DNA of 64,000 nt from contig JBEKZM010000001.1 in assembly GCA_049509875.1 (NCBI GenBank), forward strand, positions 107,485-171,484, written 5' to 3'. Shown here in pieces: positions 57,021-64,000 of the stretch. Every line of letters begins with the position of its first letter. Position 1 is the first letter of the stretch. Source of the DNA: Verrucomicrobiota bacterium (lineage in GTDB: Bacteria; Verrucomicrobiota; Verrucomicrobiia; Limisphaerales; UBA11358). The translations under genes and the position numbers were made by a program. The notes under the pieces were generated by a model. It saw only the letters and a list, made by a program, of their open reading frames with translations, was not told where the DNA came from and made no database searches.

Positions 57021-59084
57021 TCATTTGCCCCTCTGCCCGCTCACCAGCTCCTGTACGAGTGCCTGCACGCGATAAACTTTGTCCAGCGCTTGAAATATGG
57101 CCGCCGATTCAACCTCGATGGCCCGGCCTTGTTTGTCGCTGAACGCGTAGTCCCAGGGAATGCCCTGCAAGTTGCCGTCGAAGATGATGCCGACAAACTC
57201 GCCGGCCCGGTTCACCACCGGGCTTCCGGAGTTGCCGCCGATGATGTCGCAGGTGCTCACCGAGTTGAAGGGGGTGCTGAGATCAAGCTGCAATTTGCGC
57301 GCTGCCCACGACGGAGGCAGATCATAAGGCGGACGGTTCTGCATTTCCTTCGCCCGTTCGTAGAGGCCGGCAAAAGTGGTCTTGGCGGACACGGGATGGC
57401 CGTCTTCTTCGTAGCCTTTTAAGGTGCCGAACGTCAGGCGAAGCGTGAACGTCGCATCCGGGTAATCCGTGGTGCCGAGCACGGCGATCCTGGCCCGCTC
57501 AATGGCCGCGTAGGCCTGCTGTTTGATTTCACCCTGGGTTTCGGAAACCTTGCGGAGCGCGCGGGCTTCGGGATCAATCAGCCGCGCCACTTCAATCATC
57601 GGATCATTGGCAGCCGTCACGGCGGCGGCGCCGCCCTCGTAGAGGCGTTTGCGAAAGGCCACCTCCCGCACCGCCGTGCCGTTGATCAATTCCGCGGCCC
57701 GCTCCCGCGGCGACTTGCCCGCCAGTACTTTCCGCACCAGCGGATCGTTGACGCCGAGGTGCGCGGCCAGGAACGACAGCGAGTCGGTGAGCTTGAGAAT
57801 TTCAAAGTCGGGGTAGATCGGCGTGTCCGCGAACAGGGCAAGTTCAAACGATTCCCTGCTGGAATCGGAAAACTCCTGCAGGCGTTCGCCGTTCGACTTG
57901 GGCCGCTCGTCGCCGGCGCGAAGCAGGTTCCGTGCGATCCCGAAACTGGCGCAGTTGAATCCCTGGTCGATAAACCGCCGGGTCTGAAATTGCGCCCACA
58001 GGACCTGGTCCGCCGCGGCGATTTTGTCGTACGCGGCGAGGGCATCGGCGAATTCCGGTTTGCCCGCCAGTCTGGCTTTCAAACCCGCCTCCGCTTGGGC
58101 TTTTTCCGCAAATAATTCCGGGTCAAGCAGGCCGGCATATCTGCCGTCGTTCACCTTCCGGATGTTCTGCAATGAATTTAGATTATGCCGGGCGCGCCGC
58201 GCGTTCTCCTGGCTTCTCGCGCTCCAGTTCGCCAGCAGGAGTTCCATCTGCTTCGTGCGTTCGAGGGTTAATGGCAGTGTGTTGCGGACGTATTCCAGAT
58301 CGGCCACGGTGAGCAGCCGGGACGAATTTCCCGGATGCCCGGAAACGAAAACGAGGTCGCCCTCCTGCGCCCCCGTCGGCGAGAACTTGAGATAATCCTT
58401 CACCTTGACCGGCTGGTCATTTTCGTAGGCCCGGAAGAGACAGACGTCGAGGTCGAACCGCGGGTATTCAAAATTATCCGGGTCGCCGCCGAAAGCTGCA
58501 ATCTGCTGCTCCGGCGCGAACACAATGCGCACGTCCGTGTAGCGCTTGTAGCAGTAGAGATGGTAGGCGCCGCCGTGCCAGAGGGCCACGACATTCGAGC
58601 GCAATTTAGTGCGCTCCAGGGATTCCTTCTCAATCTCGGCGATGACCTTGCGCCGGGCCTTGAATGCGTCGTCGGCATTGGCATCCTTCGGCACCGCCGC
58701 ATTCACCCGCGCCGTCACGTCTTCGATGGACTGCAGCACATTCAGTTCCAGATCCAGGCACTTGAGTTCCTCCGCCTGAGTGCGCGCATAAAAACCGTCG
58801 CGGAGGTAATTCTTTTCTTTGGAGCCCAGTTTTTGCAAGGCGTCCGCCCCCACATGATGGTTGGAAATCAGCAAGCCGTCCGCGCTCACAAAACTGCCCG
58901 ATCCGCCTGAATTGAAGCGCACGGAAGATTTTTGCAGATGCCCCAGCCAGTCATCCGTCGCGTCGAACTGGTATCGCTCGCGCAGAAGCTGGCGGGGCGG
59001 TCGGTCGAATAGCCACATGCCTTCGTCGGCAAAGGCTGCCAGAGATTGGACGATCAACAACGTTGCAATCAAAGCAGCTTTCAT
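57021..59084 (-). CDS. S46-family dipeptidyl peptidase
   Basis: ADEGMWL, SGSFVSADGLLISNHHV, FEYPRFDLD, PDATFTLRLTFG, DIIGGNSGSPV. Confidence 0.93.
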   Translation of the reverse strand: MKAALIATLLIVQSLAAFADEGMWLFDRPPRQLLRERYQFDATDDWLGHLQKSSVRFNSGGSGSFVSADGLLISNHHVGADALQKLGSKEKNYLRDGFYARTQAEELKCLDLELNVLQSIEDVTARVNAAVPKDANADDAFKARRKVIAEIEKESLERTKLRSNVVALWHGGAYHLYCYKRYTDVRIVFAPEQQIAAFGGDPDNFEYPRFDLDVCLFRAYENDQPVKVKDYLKFSPTGAQEGDLVFVSGHPGNSSRLLTVADLEYVRNTLPLTLERTKQMELLLANWSARSQENARRARHNLNSLQNIRKVNDGRYAGLLDPELFAEKAQAEAGLKARLAGKPEFADALAAYDKIAAADQVLWAQFQTRRFIDQGFNCASFGIARNLLRAGDERPKSNGERLQEFSDSSRESFELALFADTPIYPDFEILKLTDSLSFLAAHLGVNDPLVRKVLAGKSPRERAAELINGTAVREVAFRKRLYEGGAAAVTAANDPMIEVARLIDPEARALRKVSETQGEIKQQAYAAIERARIAVLGTTDYPDATFTLRLTFGTLKGYEEDGHPVSAKTTFAGLYERAKEMQNRPPYDLPPSWAARKLQLDLSTPFNSVSTCDIIGGNSGSPVVNRAGEFVGIIFDGNLQGIPWDYAFSDKQGRAIEVESAAIFQALDKVYRVQALVQELVSGQRGK

Positions 59085-59224
59085 CTAGCCTCGTACCCTA
59101 GAGCGGATTTGCGCTGAAGGCAATCCGAGAAAATTGATTTTCCTATTCTCTTTCTTCCGGCCATGCTCGCGCGAACGAATGCGTTAAAGATGCTGCACAC
59201 TTCCAACGGCGACCGGGCCACGCC

Positions 59225-60436
59225 ATGAGCACGACTTCGCGCCACCTCCATCCCTGGGTGTTCATGGTGCTGATTATTCCCTTTGGCGTGGTGGCGGGCT
59301 ATGTTTCCGTGACACTGGCCTACCAACTCAAGCAGGCCGGGGCGTCGGTGGCCCAGGTCGCGGGGTTGGTGGCGCTCGGCATGTTGCCCCAAACTTGGAA
59401 GTTCTTTTGGGCGCCGGTGGTCGATACGACGCTAACCCAGAAACGATGGTACCTCCTGTCGGGCGCGCTCTGTGCCGTCGGCATTGCGGCGATGGGCTGG
59501 TTTCCCGCGACCAAAGCCGGCCTGGCGTCCTTGTCGGCCATCGTTTTCTTGACCAACCTGGCGACCACCACGCTTGGCATGGCCACGGAGAGCCTCCTGG
59601 CCTACAGCACGCCCGACGAGCTGAAGGGCCATGCGTCCGGGTGGTTTCAGGCGGGCAATCTGGGCGGCCTCGGGGTCGGTGGCGGGGTTGGATTGTTCCT
59701 GGTGGAGCGTCTTCCCGCGCCGTGGATGGCCAGTTGCATGGTCGGGCTGCTCTGCCTGCTTTGCTGCACCGCCCTGCTGGCCGTGCCCACGCCCGAGCGC
59801 ATGCTCAAAGACGGCGGCATCCCCGCCAAGATCACCGCCTCCTTGAAAGATCTCTGGCAGTTGGCCCGGAACCGCGCCAGTGTCCTGGCCTTCATCCTCT
59901 GCTTTCTTCCCGTCGGCACCGGCGCGGTGGTGTTTCCATCGATTGCCGGGGAATGGGGCGCGTCGGCGAATACCGTGACGCTGGTCACCGGCGTGCTCGG
60001 TGGAGTTATTTCGGCCACCGGCTGCGTCCTGGGCGGCTGGATCTGCGACCGGATGGATCGGAAAAGAGCGTACGTGCTGTTCGGCATCTTCCAGGCTGGC
60101 TCCGGAGTGGCGATGGCGCTGCTTCCGCACCAGCAGGTCATGTTCATCCTCTGGGTTTCCGTTTACACCTTCACCTCCGGGCTCGCGTATGCGGCATTCT
60201 CGGCCTTTGTGCTGGAGATCATCGGCCAGGGCGCAGCGGCCACCAAGTATAACGCCCTGGCCTCCTTGTCCAATGTGCCCATCTATTACATGACTAATGT
60301 CGATGGTTGGGCGCATGATCGCTGGAATTCCAACGGCATGTTCTTTACGGAGTCGGGGCTGGCCTTGGCCAGTGCCGTATTTTTCATCATTTTGGCACGG
60401 ATTCTCCAGCGGTGGCCGGCGCCGGCCAAGGCGTAG
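59225..60436 (+). CDS. MFS transporter (AmpG-like)
   Basis: 12 TM pattern, PQTWKFFWAPVVD, GGWICDRM, AATKYNALASLSN. Confidence 0.85.
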   Translation: MSTTSRHLHPWVFMVLIIPFGVVAGYVSVTLAYQLKQAGASVAQVAGLVALGMLPQTWKFFWAPVVDTTLTQKRWYLLSGALCAVGIAAMGWFPATKAGLASLSAIVFLTNLATTTLGMATESLLAYSTPDELKGHASGWFQAGNLGGLGVGGGVGLFLVERLPAPWMASCMVGLLCLLCCTALLAVPTPERMLKDGGIPAKITASLKDLWQLARNRASVLAFILCFLPVGTGAVVFPSIAGEWGASANTVTLVTGVLGGVISATGCVLGGWICDRMDRKRAYVLFGIFQAGSGVAMALLPHQQVMFILWVSVYTFTSGLAYAAFSAFVLEIIGQGAAATKYNALASLSNVPIYYMTNVDGWAHDRWNSNGMFFTESGLALASAVFFIILARILQRWPAPAKA

Positions 60437-60567
60437 CCGGGGAATGGCAACAGCAAAAATCAGTTCAAGCTAATTTGAACCTTATGTGCCCCTGGACGCC
60501 AACCGGCACCGTCGCTCCCAAATCGCGCCAGATTGCTTTTGTCCGAGTTCCTTTTTAGGCTGGTGCT

Positions 60568-62427
60568 GTGAATTCGCGGAAGATCCACGACCACCATCGA
60601 CCAGATCAAGTCCGGGCGGCCGCGCGTTCCGCGGCGAAAGGTCCGCCCGGGGTTTCCCCAAGCGGGAAGGCTCGTGTTGCGATCCCTCCAAGGTTGCTGG
60701 GTCTGCTGCTGTTATTACTGATATGCCTGGCCTACCTGCCGGCGTTTCATGCCGGATTCATCTGGGACGACGACCGATATGTCACCAACAATCCGCTGCT
60801 CACGGCGCCGGACGGCTGGTGGCGGATCTGGTTCTCGCTGGATTCGCCATCGCAATATTTTCCGCTGACCTACAGCGTCTTCCGCCTCGAACATGCGCTT
60901 TGGGGCGGGGAGTCCGCCGGTTACCATGGGCTCAACATTCTCCTGCACGCGGTGAACGCCCTGCTGGTTTGGCGATTGTTGCAACGGTTGAGTGTGCCGG
61001 GCGCCTGGCTGGCCGCGGCGATTTTTGCCGTGCATCCCGTTCAAGTGGAATCCGTGGCCTGGATCAGCGAACTCAAGAATGTGCTGTCATTGTTCTGCGT
61101 CCTGCTGGCGTTGCTGGCCTGGCTGGAATTTATCGAGGAAGAAACGCGTCCCCACTGGCGCTGGTATTTCCTGGCGCTGGCCGCCCAGGCGCTGGCCTTG
61201 GCGGCCAAAACCACCGCCTGCACGCTGCCGGCGGCGTTATGGCTCATCCTGTGGCTCACACGCAAACCCATCCGGTGGCAGCGCTGGGCGCAGTTGATTC
61301 CCTTTCTGGCGCTGGGAGCCGGCATGGGGCTGCTGGCCATGTGGTGGGAACGATTTCATCAAGGGACCGAAGGCGGTGCGTTCGCCCTGAGTTTTCCGCA
61401 ACGCGTCCTGGCGGCCAGCCATGCCATCTGGTTTTATTTGGGCAAACTGTTCTGGCCCGTCAATCTGGCCTTCAGTTACCCGCGATGGTCGCTTCGCCCC
61501 ACCGATCCGCTGGCCTATGGCTGGCTGGCGGGAATCGTGGTGCTGGGCGCGCTGATTCTTTGGCAGCGGCGGCGGCTGGGACGCGGTCCGGAGGTGGCGC
61601 TGATGTTTGATGTGCTCACCCTGGCGCCGCTGCTGGGTTTCGTGATGCTGTTCACCTTTAATTACACCTTTGTAGCCGATCATTACCAATACGTTGCCTG
61701 CCTTGGCCCCATCGCGCTGGCGGCGGCGGGTATCGTGCGGCTCCTGGAGGCGCCAGCCAAGGCGCCGGCCTGGCTGATGCCAGCGGTTTGCGGCGCGCTG
61801 GTATTGACGCTGGGGACGCTGGCGTGGCGTCAATGCGGAATGTACGCCAATTCGGAAAGCCTCTGGCGCACGACACTGCAGCGCAACCCGGGGTCCTGGA
61901 TGGCCCGGGTCAATCTGGGGGAATTTCTGGCGCAGGAAGGCCGGCTGGAGGAGGCCGGCCAGCAATGGCGCGATGCGCTGAAGCTGAACCCGCAAGACGC
62001 GGCGGCCTATTACGATTTGGGGGTGGCCGAATCAGTGGCGGGCCGGGCGCGGGAAGCCGTGGAATATTTCAGAAAAGCGCTGGCCCTCGAGCCTCACTTT
62101 GCCAAGGCCTGCAACCGCCTGGCCTGGGCACTGTCCACCAACCCGGACGCGGGCCTGCGTGATGGCCGCGAGGCCGTCCGCTGGGCTCAAGCGGCCAATC
62201 AGTTGACCCGCGACCGCGATGCCGATGTCCTGGCGACCCTGGGGGCGGCGTACGCCTGCGCCGGACGATTCTCCGACGCTGTCGCGGCCACCACGCAGGC
62301 CCGGCGGCTGGCGCCGGCGCTGGAGGATCCGGCGCTAACCGACCGCGTGCGGGAGCAGCTCAAGTGTTACCAGGCCGGATCAATCTTTTTCGATCCGGGC
62401 TTGACCAACTCCGCCGCGGGCCATTGA
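60568..62427 (+). CDS. TMTC-like GT-C fold membrane protein with C-terminal TPRs (putative protein O-glycosyltransferase)
   Basis: FIWDDDRYV, YFPLT, NILLHAVN, FAVHPVQVESVAWISE.KNVLS, ADHYQY, then TPR repeats. Confidence 0.85.
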   Translation: MNSRKIHDHHRPDQVRAAARSAAKGPPGVSPSGKARVAIPPRLLGLLLLLLICLAYLPAFHAGFIWDDDRYVTNNPLLTAPDGWWRIWFSLDSPSQYFPLTYSVFRLEHALWGGESAGYHGLNILLHAVNALLVWRLLQRLSVPGAWLAAAIFAVHPVQVESVAWISELKNVLSLFCVLLALLAWLEFIEEETRPHWRWYFLALAAQALALAAKTTACTLPAALWLILWLTRKPIRWQRWAQLIPFLALGAGMGLLAMWWERFHQGTEGGAFALSFPQRVLAASHAIWFYLGKLFWPVNLAFSYPRWSLRPTDPLAYGWLAGIVVLGALILWQRRRLGRGPEVALMFDVLTLAPLLGFVMLFTFNYTFVADHYQYVACLGPIALAAAGIVRLLEAPAKAPAWLMPAVCGALVLTLGTLAWRQCGMYANSESLWRTTLQRNPGSWMARVNLGEFLAQEGRLEEAGQQWRDALKLNPQDAAAYYDLGVAESVAGRAREAVEYFRKALALEPHFAKACNRLAWALSTNPDAGLRDGREAVRWAQAANQLTRDRDADVLATLGAAYACAGRFSDAVAATTQARRLAPALEDPALTDRVREQLKCYQAGSIFFDPGLTNSAAGH

Positions 62428-62445
62428 CCAACGGACCGGGCAGCC

Positions 62446-62808
62446 CTATTGCCAGCTTTTGGGCCAGAAGGCGAAGGCCACCGCGGCCAGAATGCACAGG
62501 AACGCGGCGATGTGATTCCAGGCCGGCAGGGTTTTGAAATAAAAAAACATGAAGACGACGAAGACAACCAGGGTGATGACCTCCTGGATGATTTTAAGCT
62601 GGTAGGTGGAATAGGTGCCGCTGCCCCAGCGGTTGGCGGGGACTTGAAAACAATATTCAAAAAGCGCGATGCCCCAGCTCACGAGGATCACCAGCAGGAG
62701 CGGCTTGCTTTTGAATTTGAGATGTCCATACCAGGCGCAGGTCATGAAAAAGTTGGAACAAAAGAGCAGCACGATCGGCAGCCACCGGGATTGAGTGAGG
62801 TCATTCAT
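62446..62808 (-). CDS. DMT-family small membrane protein (DUF486-like)
   Basis: SNFFMTCAWYGHLK, SWGIALFEYCFQVPANR, QLKIIQEVITL. Confidence 0.88.
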   Translation of the reverse strand: MNDLTQSRWLPIVLLFCSNFFMTCAWYGHLKFKSKPLLLVILVSWGIALFEYCFQVPANRWGSGTYSTYQLKIIQEVITLVVFVVFMFFYFKTLPAWNHIAAFLCILAAVAFAFWPKSWQ

Positions 62809-63083
62809 AAATGTTGCCCCCTAATTTGGCGACAATCGGGAATTTTGCCAACCAGCAACGCATCACGAATGACCAATGACGGGCCGCGGGTAGGGCGCGG
62901 CGCTCCGCCAGCGCGAAACCGGACGGTTGAACGGTGCGGCGGCTTCTCAGGGTGGGCGGACGATGATTTTGGGGTGACCTTGCGCTGGTCGGCAGGCGCG
63001 GCGCGCGCGGCGCGTCCGCCGCACTCAGAAGCGTTCGTAAATCGGGTGTCGTCAATCGTAGGGCCCGACTTTGCGGCGGTCGC

Positions 63084-63566
63084 CTATGGATTGACCGGCA
63101 CGGCGTTGGTCTGGTGCGCGAGTTCGCCTGATTTCCCGGCGCCGGGGACCGCATTTGGTTTGCCCAGCGTCTCGATGATGGTGCGGGCTTCCTGGATCGA
63201 AGCGAAGGAAAGGTCAGCCAGGCCGTTGGTAATCTCGGCGGAGATGAGCGGCTCGGCCACGACCTTGTGCCCAATGATCAACTGCACCCGCTGATTGATG
63301 TGGGCGCGGGTAAATTCGCGAAACTCCGCGGCCTTGTCGTCGGTAAACTGCAGATTGACCACGTACCCAGCATTGGTGCCGTGCCCTGGATTCGCCGTCA
63401 CCTCCGCGATTCCCGCCAAGTCGTTGGGAATGATCGTAAACCGCGCGGGCCCGGCCGGTGCCTGGGCCTCGCTGCTGGGGGAATGGTCGGCCGTTTTCGG
63501 CGAGCAGCCGGCAAGCACCAGGAGAATGGCCACCAGGCAGCCGGACCGTTGTTGTTGGCTTTTCAT
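63084..63566 (-). CDS. Lipoprotein with SecD/SecF P1-head-like domain
   Basis: Lipobox LAGC; VNLQFTDDKAAEFREFTRAHINQRVQLIIGHKVVAEPLISAEI. Confidence 0.65.
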   Translation of the reverse strand: MKSQQQRSGCLVAILLVLAGCSPKTADHSPSSEAQAPAGPARFTIIPNDLAGIAEVTANPGHGTNAGYVVNLQFTDDKAAEFREFTRAHINQRVQLIIGHKVVAEPLISAEITNGLADLSFASIQEARTIIETLGKPNAVPGAGKSGELAHQTNAVPVNP

Positions 63567-63705
63567 GACATCGAAGCAGGGTTGTACCCAAGTATGCGCC
63601 GACCGGGCTGGCCGGCAATGACTATTTTCCAGCTTGCCGGCCGGCCGCATAAACACCTTGTCGGTATCGTGGTCAAATGCTAGTTTTTGCGGACTACTTA
63701 AACGT

Positions 63706-64000
63706 ATGAAAAAGTCTCTTCTTCTCCTGTCGCTGGTGGTGTGCGCCGCCCGGGCGCTGTGCGCCGGCGACATTACCGGCACCATTACCCTCAAAGGCGC
63801 GCCACCGGCTGAACGCGAACTGACGCCCATCCGTGACAATCCGGATTGCTCGGCGATGTATCCGGGCGCGCTGCCCAAAACGAAGTTCTACGTGGTCGGA
63901 TCCGGCGGTGAACTGGCGGACGTGGTCGTGTACCTCAAGGGCGTGCCCAGCGCATCCACCGGCGCGAGCGCGCCGCCGGTCGTGCTGGATCAAAAGGGCT
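63706..64000 (+). CDS. Secreted protein, carboxypeptidase-regulatory-like domain (truncated by window end)
   Basis: MKKSLLLLSLVVCAARALCAGDITGTITLKG..GELADVVVYLKG..PVVLDQKG; open to the window edge. Confidence 0.7.
   Translation, partial: MKKSLLLLSLVVCAARALCAGDITGTITLKGAPPAERELTPIRDNPDCSAMYPGALPKTKFYVVGSGGELADVVVYLKGVPSASTGASAPPVVLDQKG

Noticed and set aside
292-62160. Numerous long antisense or alternate-frame ORFs in the track (e.g. 2926-4245, 8900-10300, 38586-40193, 48768-50306)
   Set aside because: Shadow ORFs expected in high-GC coding DNA; each overlaps a gene with clear family motifs
63567-63878. N-terminal half of the 264-aa minus-strand ORF 63084-63878
   Set aside because: Antisense to the plus-strand secreted-protein gene starting at 63706; only 63084-63566 has a signal peptide and domain

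Overview
GC-rich bacterial chromosomal window, most likely Verrucomicrobiota of the Pedosphaera-like subdivision 3 (inferred from a VPDSG-type C-terminal sorting signal, a TIGR03790-like protein and the repeat families). From 0.3 to 15.9 kb lies a surface-polysaccharide locus (AsnB-like protein, GT9/GT4/GT2 glycosyltransferases, wzm/wzt, FkbM methyltransferase, RgpF-like and DUF218 proteins). It is interrupted at 5.5-8 kb by infA with a structured leader and by a low-GC decayed restriction islet (intact HNH endonuclease, XRE-HTH remnant, internally deleted vsr, palindromes). A 1.6-kb repeat-rich spacer with a higA-like fragment follows. The rest is housekeeping and accessory genes: punA-cdd, a His-less hybrid kinase with LysR, M29 aminopeptidase, hsp20, a complete tolQRAB-pal-pal cluster behind nadD-yebC, an ALDH-like protein, DUF2339, a large TPR lipoprotein, a VPD-CTERM protein with full sigma54 promoter architecture, a DEAD-box helicase followed by a candidate structured RNA, coaB-like, hisF, an EF-hand membrane protein, SDR, NUDIX, old yellow enzyme, GH78 rhamnosidase, S46 peptidase, MFS, TMTC-like GT-C/TPR and DMT. 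No tRNA, rRNA, CRISPR array or intact transposase was seen, and no complete novel multi-gene system is evident. The best leads are the His-less kinase, the low-GC patch over the TolA-III/TolB-N interface, two candidate structured RNAs and the decayed R-M islet. All family calls are from motif recognition, not database searches.
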